From Mobula hypostoma (Eukaryota): a stretch of DNA of 64,000 bases. The notes under the pieces were generated by a model, which ran no database searches, was not told where the DNA came from, and worked only from the letters and a program-made list of their open reading frames with translations. The stretch lies in assembly GCF_963921235.1 (NCBI RefSeq), contig NC_086097.1, positions 96,288,001 to 96,352,000 of the forward strand. The letters run 5' to 3'. The position numbers and the translations under genes were made by a program. This document shows, piece after piece, positions 1 to 15,800 of the stretch (positions within the stretch are counted from its first letter, which is position 1; each line of letters begins with the position of its first letter).

Positions 1-854
1 CTGCTGTGATATATCACTTAGCAAATTTGAGATATCCAGGGAATTCCGCAATGTTTCACTTATATTGTTTATAAATTAGCAATGACTTAACATCTCCCCA
101 AGACTGTATATTGCCAATGTAAATGAAGAGCATTTTTACTTCAATTTATTCCTGACAGAAAGTAAATTGATTTGGGAATACATTTAACAAAATTAGATGA
201 CAAAATTAGATGAATTCTGAAGCAATGTCTTAGCTGGATTCCCATGGTCTAATTTGTGCATTTAAACTTCAATTCAAGCTGTACTGAATAAGGCAAAAAT
301 CTAACACTTGCATCTAAACACATCAAAATCATTTTTAAAATATCCAAATTCAAATCAGTTTGCAATGAGGGACTAAATAAATAGGAACATTTATTTACTC
401 CACTGATGCAATCTGAACCCCAGCAGGTCAACACAATAGCTATGTAAGTTAGAGAACTGTATAATATATTACCAATTGTGTCCAATTTATACACAATTGT
501 TTAGATGCTAAGGTACTTTACAATTATGCAAATTGGTTAATTCCAATTCAGTAAGAAATGCCTAGTGCTTGCTAGATTAGACTGACTTTTATCATGTGGT
601 AGTAATTAGCAAATATATTCATTTTATTTAAATCATTAGAAGCACTTTTATTTAGTTTTGTTCCAAAGGAAGATTATGACGTATATACAGTATTCCCTTG
701 GTGAAACAAGATACCAAAAAAAAACACAAACTGCTCAGAGAATTACTAGGAGATATACACTTTTGTTATATTTTGCTTTATATTCATCTTTACCATAAAT
801 ATAGAACCTGTATACATGTACTATATATGTGCTGGTTGGGGCGAGGCATTCCTT

Positions 855-3800
855 GGCCCTGGACCTCAGCCGGCAGCCTCAAGACCCCGAACCCTGGATC
901 GCAGCCTCAAGACTCCCGACCCCGTACCGCAGCCTCAAGACCCCGGACCCCAGACCGCAGCCTGCGGCCTCAAGATCCCAGACCCCAGACTTCAGCCTCA
1001 AGACCCTGGACCCCGGACACCAGACCGCAGCTTCAAGACCCTGGACCCTGGACCACAGCCTCAAGACCTCAGACCACGGACCGTAACCTCAAGACCCTGG
1101 ACCCCGGACCCCAGACCGCAGCTTCAAGACCCCGGACCCTGTACCGCAGCCTCAGGACCCCGGACCTCAGATCGTAGCCTCAAGACCCCAGACCCCAGAA
1201 TGCAGCTTTAAGACCCCGGATGGTAGCCTCAAGATGCTGGGCCGCAGACCGTAGCCTCAAGACCCGGGACACCAGACTGTAGCTTCAAGACCCCAGACAA
1301 CAGACCGCAGCCACAAGGCACTGGACCCCATACCGCAGCCTCAAGATCCAGGACCCCGGACCGCAGCCTCAAGACCCTGAACCCCAGACTGCAGCCTCAA
1401 GACCCCGAAACCCAGACCGCAGCCTCAAGACCCCGGACCACAGCCTTAAGACACCAGACCCTGGAACCCGGCTCCCAGCCTGCAGCCTCAAGAACCTGGA
1501 CCCCAGACTGCAGCCTCAAGACCCCAGACCACAGCCTCAAGACACTGGACCCCAGACTGCAGCCATAAGACCCAGAACCCCAGACTGCAGCCTCAAGACC
1601 CCGGACCCTGGACTGCAGCCGCAAGACCCCGGACCCCAGACTGCAGCCTCAAGACCCCGGAGCCTGGACCGCAGCCTTAAGACACCAGACCCTGGAACCC
1701 GGACCCCAGCCTGCAGCCTCGAGACCCTGGACCCTGGACTGCAACCTCAAGACCCCAGACCACAGCCTCAAGACACTGGACCCCAGACTGCAGCCTCAAG
1801 ACCCAGAACCCCAGACTGCAGCCTTAAGACCCCGGACTCTGGACCGCAGCCTCAAGACCCCGGACTCCGGACTGCAGCCTCAAGACCCCGGACCCCGGAC
1901 CACAGCCTCAAGACCCCGACCTCCAGACCACAGCCTCAAGACCCCGGACTGCAGCCTCAAGACTCCGGATCCTGGACCCCAGCCGGCAGCCTCAAGACCC
2001 TGGACCCTGGACCGCAGCCTCAAGGCCCCGGACTCTGGACCGCAGCCTCAAAACCCTGGACCCCAGACTGCAGCCTCAAGACCCCGGATTGCAGCCTCAA
2101 GACCCCAGACCCCGGACCCCAGTCTGCAGCCTCAAGACCCCGGACCCTGGACCCCAGCCTTAACAGCCCAGACCCCGGACCACAGCCTCAAGTCCCTGGA
2201 CCCCATACAACAGCCTCAAGACCCCGGACCCTGGACCTCAGCCGGCAGCCTCAAGACCCTGGACCCCGGGCCCAGGACCCTGGAACCCAGACCCCAGCCT
2301 GCAGCCTCAGCACCCGGACCCCGGACTCCAGACCGCAGCCTCAAGATCCCGGACCCAGGACCGCAGCCTTAAGACCCCAGACCCTGGACCTCAGCCGGCA
2401 GCCTCAAGACCCTGGACCCCGGGCCCAGGACCCCGGAACCCGGACCCCAGCCGGCAGCCTCAAGACCCCAGACCCCGGACTGCAGCCTCAAGACCCCAGA
2501 CCCTGGACCTCAGCTGGCAGCTTCAAGACCCCCGACTCCGGAGCCAGGACCCCAGCCTTAAGACCCTGGACCCTGGAACCTGGACCCCAGCCTGCAGCTT
2601 CAAGACCCTGGAACCCGGACCCCAGCTTGCAGCCTCAAGACCCCGGACCCCAGACCACAGACGCCAGCCTGCAGCCTCAAGACATAGGAACCCAGCCTGC
2701 AGCCTCAAGACCTCGGACCCTGAACCACAGACTCAAGACCCCGGACCGCTGCCTCAAGACCCACGACCCCAGACCGCAGCCTCAAGGCTCCAGACCGCAG
2801 CCTGAAAACCCCGGACCCTGGACCCCAGACCCCAGGGTCAAGATCCCGGACCCCAGACCCCTCCCTGCAGCCTCAAGACCCCGGACCCTGGACCCCAGAC
2901 CGCAGCCTCAAGACCCCGGACCCTGGACCTCAACCGGCAGCCTCAGGCCCCGGACCCTGGGCCCAGGGCCGGAGCCTTAAGACTCTGGACACTGGAACCC
3001 AGACCCCAGCCTTCAGCCTCAAGACCCCAAACCCCAGCTGGCAGACTCATGACCCCGGAAAGCAGCCCCTAGACCTAGGACCTCGGACCGCAGCCTCAAG
3101 ACCCTGGACCACAGCCTCAAGACCCTCAACCCCAGACCGCAGCATCAAGACCCTCAACCCTGGACCGCAGCCTCAAGACCCTCAACCCTGGACCGCAGCC
3201 TCAAGACCCCAGACCCCAGACTGCAGCCTCAAGACCCCGGACCCCGGACCGCAGCCTCAAGACCTAGGACCGCAGCCTTAAGACCCCGGATCCTGGAACC
3301 TGGACATCAGCCTGCAGCCTCAAGACTCTGGATCCTGGACCCCAGCCGGCAGCCTCAAGACAGTGGACCCCAGACCACAGCCTCAAGACCCTGGACCCCA
3401 AGACTGCAGCCTCAAGACTCCGGACCCCGGACCGCAGCCTCAAGACCCCGGACCCCAGACTGCAGCCTCAAGACGCCAGACCCTGGACACCAGACCGCAG
3501 CCTCAAGACCCAGGACCCCAGCCTACAGCCTCAAGACACCGGATTGCAGCCTCAAGACCCTGGACCCCGGACTGCAGCCTCAAGACACCAGACCCCAGCC
3601 TCAAGACCCTGGACCCCACACCCCCAGCTCAAGACCTCGGACCCCAGACCCCAGGCTCAAGACCGCCGACCCCATACCGCAGCCTCAGGACCCTGGACCC
3701 CAGACCGCAACCTCAAGACCCTGGACCCTCGACCATGGACCTCAGCCGGCAGCCGCAAGATCCTGGACCGCAGCCTCAAGACCCCAGACCTCGAACCGCA

Positions 3801-6800
3801 GCCTCAATACCCCAGACCCCAGATCGCAGCATCAAGACCCCGGGCCGCAGCCGCAAGACCCTGGACCACGGACCACAGCCTCATGACCCCGGACCCCGCA
3901 CCGCAGCTTCAAGACCCCAGGGCCCGGACCGCAACCTCAAGACCCTGGACCCTCGACTATGGACCTCAGCCGGCAGCCGCAAGATCCTGGACCACAGCCT
4001 CAAGACCCCAGACCCCGGACCACAGCCTCAAGACCCCAGACCCTAGTCCGCAGCCTCAAGTCCCCGGACTGCAGCCTCAAGACCCCGGACCCCAGAACGC
4101 AGCCTGAAGACCCTGGACCGCAGCCTTAAGACCCCGGACCCTGGACTCCAGCATCAAGACCCCGGACCCCGGACACCAGACCGCAGCCTCAAGACACCAG
4201 ACCGCAGCCTCAAGACAGCGGACTGCAGCCTCAAGACCCCGGACCCCAGAACATAGCCTCAAGACCCCGGACCGCAGCCTTAAGACCCCGGACCCTGGGC
4301 TCCAGCATCAAGACCCCTGACCCTGGACACCAGACCGCAGCCTCAAGACACCAGACCGCAGCCTCAAGACCCTGGACCGCGGACCCCAGACCCCAGCCTC
4401 AAGACCCTGGACCCCAGACCCCAGGGTCAAGACCCTGGACCCCAGACCCCTGCCTACAGCCTCAAGACCCTGGACCCGGGACCCCAGACCCCAGCCTCAA
4501 GACCACAGACCCCGGACAGCAGCCTCAAGACACCAGACCCCAGACCGCAACCTCAAGACCTCGGACCCCAAACCGCAACCTCAAGACCCTGGACCCTTGA
4601 CCATGGACCTCAGCCGGCAGCCGCAAGATCCTGGACCGCAGCCTCAAGACCCCAGACCCCAGACTGCAGCCTCAAGACCCCAGACCCCAGTCTCAAGTCC
4701 CCGGACTGCAGCCTCAAGACCCTGGATTCCAGACCCCAGGGTCAAGACCCCGGACCCCAGACCCTAGTTTCAAGAACCCAGACCCCAGACCCCTGCCTGC
4801 AGACTCAAGACCCTAGACCCCAGACCCCAGCCTCAAGACCCCGGACCCCATACCGCAGCCTCAAGACCCCGGACCCCAGACCGCAACCTCAAGACCATGG
4901 ACCCTGGACCCCGGACCTCAGCTGGCAGCCTCAAGACCCCGGACCCCGGACTCTGGACCGCAGCCTCAAGACCCCGGATCCCGGAGCCAGGACAGCAGCC
5001 TTAAGACCACAGACCCTGGATCCCAACCGGCAGCCTCAAGACCCCGGACCACAGCCCCATGACCCCGGACCCTGCACCGCAGCTTCAAACTCCAGACCCC
5101 AGACAACAGCCTCAAGACGTCAGACCGCAGCCTCAAGACACCGGACTGCAGCCTCAAGACCCCGGACCACAGCATCATGACCCCGGACCCTGCACCGCAG
5201 CTTCAAGACCCCAGACCCCAAACAACAGCCTCAAGACACCAGACCGCAGCCTCAAGACACTGGACCGCAGCCTCAAGACCCTGGACCCCGGACCGCAGTC
5301 TCAAGACCCCGGACCCCAGACCCCAGACTCAAGACCCTGGACCCCAGACCCCAGGGTCAAGACCCCAGACCCCTGCCTGCAGCCTCAAGACCCTGGACCC
5401 CGGACCCCAGACCCCAGCCTCAAGACCACAGACCCCGGACAGCAGCCTCAAGACACCAGACCCCAGACCGCAACCTCAAGACCCTGGACCCTTGACCATG
5501 GACCTCAGCCGGCAGCCGCAAGATCCTGGACTGCAGCCTCAAGACCCCAGACCGCAGCCTCATGACCCCGGATCCTGCACCGCAGCTTCAAGACCCCAGA
5601 CCCCAGACAACAGCCTCAAGACACCAGACCGCAGCCTCAAGACACTGGACCGCAGCCTCAAGACCCTGGACCCCGGACCGCAGTCTCAAGACCCCGGACC
5701 CCAGACCCCAGACTCAAGACCCTGGACCCCAGACCCCAGGGTCAAGACCCCAGACCCCTGCCTGCAGCCTCAAGACCCTGGACCCCGGACCCCAGACCCC
5801 AGCCTCAAGACCACAGACCCCGGACAGCAGCCTCAAGACACCAGACCCCAGACCGCAACCTCAAGACCCTGGACCCTTGACCATGGACCTCAGCCGGCAG
5901 CCGCAAGATCCTGGACTGCAGCCTCAAGACCCCAGACCGCAGCCTCATGACCCCGGATCCTGCACCGCAGCTTCAAGACCCCAGACCCCAGACAACAGCC
6001 TCAAGACACCAGACCACAGCCTCAAGACACCGGACCGCAGCCTCAAGACTCCGGACCACAGCCTCATGACCCCGGACTCTGCACCGCAGCTTCAAGACCC
6101 CAGACAACAGCCTCAAGACACCAGACCACAGCCTCAAGACACCGGACCACAGCCTCAAGACCCTGGACCCCGGACCGCAGTCTCAAGTCCCCAGACCCCA
6201 AACCCCAGACTCAAGACCCTGGACCCCAGACCCCAGGGTCAAGACCCCGGACCCCAGACCCCTGCCTGCAGCCTCAAGACCCTGGACCCCGGACCCCAGC
6301 CTCAAGACCACAGACCCCGGACAGCAGCCTCAAGATACCAGACCCCAGACCGCAACCTCAAGACCCTGGACCCTTGACCATGGACCTCAGCCGGCAGCCG
6401 CAAGATCCTGGACTGCAGCCTCAAGACCCCAGACCGCAGCCTCATGACCCCGGACCCAGGGCCTCAGCTTTAAGACCCCGGACCCCAGCCTGCAGCCTCA
6501 AGTTCCTGGACCCCGGACCCGAGACTGCAGCATCAAGACTCTGGACCCTGGACCCCAGCCAGCAGCCTCAAGACCCCCGACCCTGGACTGCAGCCTCAAG
6601 ACCCCGGACCCCAGACCGCAGCCTCAAGACCCCGGACCCCGGATCACAGCCTCAAGACCCCGGACCCTGGAAATCAGACCCCAGCCTGCAGCCTCAAGAC
6701 CCCCGACCCTGGACCGCAGCTTCAAGACCCCGGACCCCGGTCTGCAGCCTCAAGACCCCGGACCACAGCCTCATGACCCTGGACTCTGCACCGCAGCTTC

Positions 6801-9800
6801 AAGACCCCAGACAACAGCCTCAAGACACCAGACCACAGCCTCAAGACACCGGACCGCAGACTCAAGACCCTGGACCCCGGACCGCAGTCTCAAGACCCCG
6901 GACCCCAGACCCCAGACTCAAGACCCTGGACCCCAGACCCCAGGGTCAAGACCCCGGACCCCAGACCCCAGACCCCTGCCTGCAGCCTCAAGACCCTGGA
7001 CCCCGGATCCCAGCCTCAAGACCACAGACCCCGGACAGCAGCCTCAAGACACCAGACCCCAGACCGCAACCTCAAGACCTCGGACCCCAAACCGCAACCT
7101 CAAGACCTTGGACCCTTGACCATGGACCTCACCCGGCAGCTGCAAGATCCTGGACCGCAGCCTCAAGACCCCAGACCCCAGACCACAGTCTCAAGTCCCC
7201 GGACTGCAGCCTCAAGACCCTGGACCCCGGACCACAGCCTCAAGACGCTGGACCCCGGCCCCCAGCCTCAAGACCCTGGATCCCAGACCCCAGGGTCAAG
7301 ACCCCGGACCCCAGACCCTAGTCTCAAGAACCCAGACCCCAGACCCCTGCCTGCAGACTCAGGACCCTAGACCCCAGACCCCAGCCTCAAAGACCCCGGA
7401 CCCCATACCGCATCTTCAAGACCCCAGACCCCAGACAACAGCCTCAAGACGCCAGACCCCAGACAGCAGCCTCAAGACCACGGACCCCAGACCGCAGCCT
7501 CAAGACCCCAGACCCCAGACCTTAACCTCAAGACCTTGGACTCTGTACCTCAGCCGGCAGCTGCAAGACCCCAGATCGCAGCCTCAAGACCCTGAACCTA
7601 GGACAGCAGCTTTTAGACCACGGACCCTGGACCCCAACCGGCAGCCACAAGACCCCGGACCCAGGACCACAGCTTCAGGACCCCGGACCCCGGACCGTAG
7701 CCTCCAGACCCCGAACTGCAGCCTCAAGACTCCGCACCACAGACCGCAGCCTCAAAACCCCGGACCCCAGCCGCAACCTCAAGACCCTGGACCCTGGACC
7801 TAAGCCGGCAGCTGCAATACCCTAGACCGCAGCCTCAAGACCCCAGACCCCAGATTGCAGCCTCAAGACCCTGGACCCCGGACTCCAGACCACAGCCTCA
7901 AGACCCCGGACCCCGGAGCCAGGACAGCAGCCTTAAGACCACGGATCCTGGACCCCAACCAGCAGCCTCAAGACCCCGGAATCCAGACCACAGCTTCAGG
8001 ACCCCGGACCCCGGACCGTAACCTCCAGACCCCGGACCGCAGCCTCAAGACTCCGGACCACAGACCACAGCCTCAAGACCCCGGACCACAGACTGCAGCC
8101 TCAATACCCCGGACCCCAGACCGCAGCCTAAAGACCCTGGATCCCGGATCGCAGCCTCAATATCCCGGACCCCGGACCCAGGACCGCTGCCTTAAGACCC
8201 CGGACCCTGGAACCCGGAACCCAGCCAGCAGCCACAGGACCCCGGACCCCAGACTGCAGCCTCAAGATTTCGGACCCTGGACCCCAGCCGGCAGCCTCAA
8301 GACCCAGGACCCTGGACCGCAGCCTCAAGACCCCGGACCCTGGACCGCAGCCTCAAGACCCTGGACCCCAGACCACAGCCTCAAGACCCCAGACCCCAGA
8401 CACCAGACCGCAGCCTCAAGACCAAGGAACCCAGCCTGCAGCCTCAAGACACCGGATCGCAGCCTCAAGAACCTGGACCCCGGACTGCAGTCTCAAGACC
8501 CCGGACCCCAGATGCCAGCCTCAAGACCCCAGACCCCAGACCCCAGACCCTAGCCTCAAGACCCCGGACCCCAGACCCCTGCCTGCAGCCTCAAAACCCT
8601 GAACCCCTGACCCCAGACCCCAGCCTGCAGCCGCATGACCCCGGACCCCGCACCGCAGCTTCAAGACCCCGGACCACAGACCACAGCCTCAAAACCCCGG
8701 TCCCCCGACTACAGCCTCAAGATCCCGGACCCCAGACTGCAGCCTTAAGACCCCGGACCCCAGACCACAATCTCAAGACCCTGGACCCTGGACCTCAGCC
8801 GGCAGCCGCAATACCCCAGACTGCAGCCTCAAGACCCCAGATGCCGGATTGCAGCCTCAAGACCCTGGACCCCAGACTCCAGACCGCAGCCTCAAGACCC
8901 CGGACCCCGGAGACAGGACAGCAGCCATAAGACCACAGACCCTGGACCCCAACCGTCAGCCACAAGACCCCGGACCCAGGACCACAGCTTCAGGACCTCG
9001 GACCACATCCCGTAGCCTCCAGACCCTGGACCCTGGACTGCAGCCTCAAGACCCCAGACCCTGGACCGTAGCCTCAAGACCCTGGACCCTGGACCACAGA
9101 CCCCAGCCTGCAGCCTCAAGACCCAGGAACCCAGCCTGCAGCCTCAAGACCTCGACCCCGGAATGTAGCCTCAAGACCCCGGACCCTGGACCCCAGCTGG
9201 CAGCCTCAAGACCCTGAACAGCAGAATCAACACCCTCGACCCCAGACTGCAGCCTCAACACCCCGGACCGCAGCCTCAAGACCCTGGACCCTGGACCGCA
9301 GCCTCAAGACTCCGGACTGCAGCCTCAAGACCCCGGACCCTGGACCCCAGCCTGCAGCCTCAAGACCCCGGACTCTGAACCCCAGACCCCAGGGTCAAGA
9401 TCCCGGACCCCAGACACCTGCCTGCAGCCTCAAGACCCTGGACCCCGGACCCCAGACCTCAGCCTGCAGCCGCAAGACCCCAGACCCTGGACCCCACACC
9501 GCAGCTTCAAGACCCCGGACCCCAGACAACAGCCTCAAGACCCCAGACCCTGGACCACAGCCTCAAGACCCCAGATGCCGGATTGCAGCCTCAAGACCCT
9601 GGACCCCAGACTGCAGACCGCAGCCTCAAGACCCCGGACCCCGGAGCCAGGACAGCAGCCATAAGACCCCGGACCCAGGACCACAGCTTCAGGACCCCGG
9701 ACCACAGACCGTAGCCTCCAGACCCTGGACCCCGGACTGCAGCCTCAAGACCCCGGACCCCGGACTGCAGCCTAAAGACCCTGGACTGCAGCCCCAAGAC

Positions 9801-12800
9801 CCTGGACCCTGGACCGTAGCCTCAAGACCCCGGACCACAGCCTCAAGACCCCAGACCACAGACCGCAGCCTCAAAACCCCGGACCCCGGACTGCAGCATC
9901 AAGACCCCGGACCCTGGACTGCAGCCTCAAGCTCTCGGACCCCGGACCCAGGTCTGCAGCCTTAAGACCCCGGACCCGGGAACCCGGAACCCAGCCAGCA
10001 GCCTCAAGATCCCAGACCCCAGACCATAGCCTCAAGACCCCGGACACCGGAGCACAGCCTCAGGACCCCCGACCCCAGACCGTAGCCTTAAGACCCCGGA
10101 CCCTGGAACCTGGAACCCAGCCGGCAGCCTCAAGCCTCCAGAACCCGGACCGCAGCCTCAAGACCCTGCACCCCAGACCGCAGCCTCAAGACCCCGGACC
10201 CCGGACCCAGGGCCTCAGCTTTAAGACCCCGGACCCCAGCCTGCAGCCTCAAGTTCCTGGACCCCGGACCCGAGACTGCAGCATCAAGACTCCGGACCCT
10301 GGACCCCAGCCAGCAGCCTCAAGACCCTGGACTGCAGCCTCAAGACCCCGGACCCCAGACCGCAGCCTCAAGACCCCGGACTGCAGCCTCAAGACCCGGG
10401 ACACTGGACCTCAGCCTTAAGACCCTGGACCCTGGACCCCAGACCGCAGCCTCAAGGCCCTGGACCCCGTACCGCAGCCTCAAGACCCTGGACCCTGGAA
10501 ATCAGACCCCAGCCTGCAGCCTCAAGATGCCAGACCCCGGAACCCAGCCGGCAGCCTCAAGACCCCTGACCCTGGACTGCAGCTTCGAGACCCCGGACCC
10601 CAGACTGCAGCCTCAAGACCCTGGACCCTGGATCCCAGCTGGCCGCCTCAAGACCCCGGACCCTGGACTGCAATCTCAACACCCCAGACCCCGGACCGTA
10701 GCCTCAAGACCACAGACCCCAGCCTGCAGCCTCAAGACCCAGGAACCCAGCCTGCAGCCTCAAGACCTCGACCCCAGAATGTAGCCTCAAGACCCCGGAC
10801 CCTGGACCCCAGCCGGCAGCCTCAAGACCCTGAACTGCAGGCTCAAGACCCTCGACCCCAGACTGCAGCCTCAACACCCCGGACCGCAGCCTCAAGACTC
10901 TGGACTGCAGCCTCAAGACCCCGGACCCTGGACCCCAGCCTGCAGCCTCAAGACCCCAGACCCCAGGGTCAAGATCCCGGACCTCAGACCCCTGCCTGCA
11001 GCCTCAAGACCCTGGACCCCGGATCGCAGCCTCAAGACTCCGGACTGCAGCCTCAAGACCCCGGACCCTGGACCCCTGCCTGCAGCCTCAAGACCCTGGA
11101 CCCCGGACCCCAGACCTCAGCCTGCAGCCGCAAGACCCCAGACCCCGAACCACAGCCTCAAGACCCCAGACTGCAGCCTCAAGACTCAAGACCCCAGACC
11201 CTAGACTGCAACCTCAAGACCGTGGACCCTGGACCCCGGACCTCAGCCGGCAGCCTCAAGACCCCAGACCACAGCCTCAAGACCCTGGACCCTGGACCGC
11301 AGCCTCAAGACCCTGGACCCCGGACCCCAAACCTCAGCCTGCAGCCGCAAGACCCCAGACCCCGGACCACAGCCTCAAGACTCCGGACTGCAGCCTCAGA
11401 CCCCAGACCCTGGACCCCAGCCTGCAGCCTCAAGACCCCAGACTCTGGACCCCAGACCCCAGGGTCAAGATCCCGGACCCCAGACACCTGCCTGCAGCCT
11501 CAAGACCCTGGACCCTGGACCCCGGAACTCAGCTGGCAGCCTCAAGACCCTGGACCACAGCCTCAAGACCCCGGACCCCGGACTGCAGTTTCAAGACCCC
11601 GGATCCCGGAGCCAGGACAGCAGCCTTAAGACCACGGATCCTGGACCCCAACTGGCAGCCTCAAGACCGCGGACCCCGGACCACAGCCTCAGGACCCTGG
11701 ACCCCGGACCGCAGCCTCAAGACTTCGGAACACAGACCGCAGCCTCAAGACCTTGGACCCTGGACCACAGCCTCAAGACCCCAGACCCTGGACCCCAGAC
11801 CCCAGCCTCAAGACCCTGGACCCCAGACCCCAGACTCAAGACCCGGACCCCAGACCCCAGCCTCATGACCCCGGACCCCGGACACCAGACTGCACCCTCA
11901 AGACCCAAGACCCCAGCCTACAGCCTGAAGACCCCGGACCCAGGACTGTAGCCTCAAGACCCCGGACCCCAGACCCCAGCCGGCAGCCTCAAGACCCCGG
12001 ACCGCAGCCTGAAGACCCTGGACCCCGGACCGTAGCCTCAAGACCACGGACCCCAGACCCCAGCCGGCAGCTTCAAGACCCCGGACCGCAGACTCAAGAC
12101 CCTGGACCCTGGACCGTAGCCTCAAGACCCCGGACCCCGGACCACAGACCCCAGCCTGCAGCCTCAAGACCTCGACCCCGGAATGTAGCCTCAAGACCCC
12201 GGACCCTGGACCCCAGCTGGCAGCCTCAAGACCTTGAACCGCAGACTCAACACCCTCGACCCCAGACTGCAGCCTCAACACCCCGGACCGCAGCCTCAAG
12301 ACCCTGGACCCTGGACCGCAGCCTCAAGACTCCGGACTGCAGCCTCAAGACCCCGGACCCTGCACCCCAGCCTGCAGCCTCAAGACCCCGGACTCTGGAC
12401 CCCAGACCCCAGGGTCAAGATCCCGGACCCCAGACCCCTGCCTGCAGCCTCAAGACCCTGGACCCCAGACCCCAGACCTCAGCCTGCAGCCGTAAGACCC
12501 CAGACCGCAGTCTCAAGACTTCGGAACACAGACCGCAGCCTCAAGACCCTGGACCCCGGACCACAGCCTCAAGACCCCGGACCCTGGACCCCAGACCGCA
12601 GCCTCAAGACCCTGGAACGTGGACCGCAGCCTCAAGACCCCGGATCGCGGACCACAGACCCCAGCCTCAAGACCTGGACCCCAGACCCCAGCCTCATGAC
12701 CCCAGACCCCGGACACCAGACTGCACCCTCAAGACCCAAGACCCCAGCCTGCAGCCTGAAGACCCCGGACCCAGGACCGTAGCCTCAAGACCCCGGACCC

Positions 12801-15800
12801 CAGACCCCTGCCTGCAGCCTCAAGACCCTGGACCTCGGACCCCAGACCCCAGCCTGCAACCTCAAGGCCCCGGACCCCGTACTGCAGCTTCAAGACCCCA
12901 GACCCCAGACCACAGCTTCAAGACCCTGCACCCTAGACCGCAGCCTCAAGACCCCAGATGCCGGACTCTGGACCGCAGCCGCAAGACCTTGGACTCCGGA
13001 CCCAGGGCCGCAGCTTTAAGACGCCGGACCCTGGAACCCGGACCCCAGCCTGCAGCCTCAAGTTCTTGGACCCCGGACCCGAGGCTGCAGCATCAAGACT
13101 CCAGACCCTGGAACTAGCCAGCAGCCTCAAGACCCTGGACCCTGGACTGCAGCCTCAAGACCCCGGACCCCAGACCGCAGCCTTAAGACCCCGGACCCCG
13201 GACCCCATACCGCAGCCTCAAGACCCCGGACCCCAGACCACAACCTCAAGTCCCTGGACCCTGGACCTCAGCCGGCAGCCGCAATACCCCGGACCGCAGC
13301 CTCGAGACCCCAGACCCCGGATTGCAGCCTCAAGACCCTGGATCCCGGACTCCAGACCGCAGCCTCAACACCCCGGATCCCGGACCGCAGCCTCAAGATC
13401 CCGGACCCCGGACCCAGGACCGCTGCCTTATGACCTCAGATCCTGGAACCCGGAACCCAGCCAGCAACCACAAGACCCTGGACCTTGGACCCCAGCCAGC
13501 AGCCTCAAGACACCGGACCCTGGACTGCAGCCTCAAGACCACAGACCCCGGACCGCAGCTTCAAGACCCCGGACCTCGGACTCCTAACCGCAGCCTCAAG
13601 ACCCTGGAACCAGGACCCCAGCCTGCAGCCTCAAGTTCCTGGACCCCGGACTGCAGCCTCAGGACTCCGGAACCTGGACCTCAGCCGGCAGCCTCAAGAC
13701 CCTGGACTGCAGCCTCAAGACCCCGGACCCTGGACCGCAGCCTCAAGACCCTGGACCCCAGACCACAGCCTCAAGACTCCGGACCCCAGACTGCAGCCTC
13801 AAGACCCTGGACGGCAGCCTCAAGACCCCGGACCCCAGACCGCAGCCTCAAGAGCCCGGACCCCGGACCCCAGTCTGCAGCCTCAGGACCCCGGACTGCA
13901 GCCTCAAGACCACAGACCCCGGACTGCAGCTTCAAGACCCTGCACCCCAGACCGCAGCCTCAAGACCCTGGACCCCGGGCTCCGGACCGCAGCCTCAAGA
14001 ACCTGGAACCCGGACCCCAGCCTGCAGCCTCAAGTTCCTGGACCCCGGACTGCAGCCTTGAGACTCCGGAACCTGGACCCCAGCCGGCAGCCTCAAGACC
14101 CTGGACTGCAGCCTCAAGACCCCGGACCCTGGACCGCAGCCTCAAGACCCCGGACCCCGGCCTTAAGACCCCGGAATCCAGACCCCTGCCTGCAGCCTCA
14201 AGACCCTGAACCCCTGACGCCAGACCCCGCCTGCAGCCGCATGACCCCGGACCCCGCACCGCAGCTTCAATACCCCGGACGCCAGACAACAGCCTCAAGA
14301 CCCCAGACCACGGACAGCAGCCTCAAGACCACAGACCCCGGACCGCAGCCCCAAGACCCCGGACCCCATACCGAAGCCTCAAGACCCCGGACCCCAGACC
14401 TTAACCGCAAGACCCTGGACCCTGTACCTCAGTCGGACGCTGCAAGACCCCGGACCGCAGCCTCAAGACCCCTGACCCCGGATTGCATCCTCAAGACCCT
14501 GGACTCCGCACTCCAGACTGCAGCCTCAAGACCCCGGATCCCGGACTGCAGCCTGGAGAACCCGGACCCCGGACCGCTGCCTTAAAACCCCGGACCCTGG
14601 AACCCAGAACCCAGCCAGCAGCCACAAGAACCTGGACCTTGGACCCAGCCAGCAGCCTCAAGACCTTGGACCCTGGACTGCAGCCTCAAGACCACAGACC
14701 CCGGAGCGCAGCTTCAAGACCCTGCACCTCAGACCGCAGCCACAAGACTCCGGACCCCGGACTCCGGACCGCAGCCTCAAGACCCTGGAACCCGGACCCC
14801 AGCCTGCCGCCTCAAGTTCCTGGACCCCGGACTGCAGGCTCGAGACTCCGGAACCTGGACCCCAGCCGGCAGCCTCAAGACCCTGGACTGCAGCTTCAAG
14901 ACCCCGGACCCTGGACCCCAGACCGCAGCCTCAAGAGCCCAGACTCCGGACCCTGGACCCCAGCCTTAAGACCCCGTACCCCTGCCTGCAGCCTCAAGAC
15001 CCTGAACCCCAGACCCCAGCCTGCAGCTGCATGACCCCGGACCCCGCACTGCAGCTTCAAGACCCCGGACCCCAGACAACAGACTCAAGACCCCAGACCC
15101 CGGACAGCAGCCTCAAGACCCCGGACCGCAGCCTTAAGACCCCGGAACACAGACCGTAGCCTCAAGACCCTGGACCCCGGACCACAGCTGGAAGCCTCAA
15201 GGCCCCCGACCCTGGACCACAGCCTCAAGACTCCGGACTGCAGCCTCAAGATCCCGGACCCTGGACCCAGGACCACAGCCTTAAGCCCCGGACCCTAGAA
15301 CCCAGAACCCAGCCAGCAGCCTCAAGACCCCGGACCCTGGACCCCAGCCAGCAGCCTCAAGCCCCCAGAACCCGGACCGCAGCCTCAAGACCCTGCACCC
15401 CAGACCGCAACCTCAAGACCACGGACCCCGGACTCGGACCGCAGCCTCAAGACCCCGGATGCCTGCACTCCGGACCGCAGCCTCAAGACCCTGGACCCCG
15501 GACCCCAGCCTGCAGCCTCAAGTTCTTGGACCCCGGACCCGAGACTGCAGCATCAAGACTCCGGACCTTGGACCTCAGCCAGCAGTCTCAAGACCCTGGA
15601 CCCTGGACTGCAGCCTCAAGACCCCGGACCCCAGACCGCAGCCTCAAGACCCCGGACCCTGGACTGCAGCCTCAAGACCCCGGACCCTGGACCCCAGCCT
15701 TAAGACCCCGGACCAAGGACCGCAGCCTCAAGACCCCGGACCCCGGACTGCAGCCTCAAGACCCTGGACCTCGGACCCCAGACCCCAGCCTGCAACCTCA

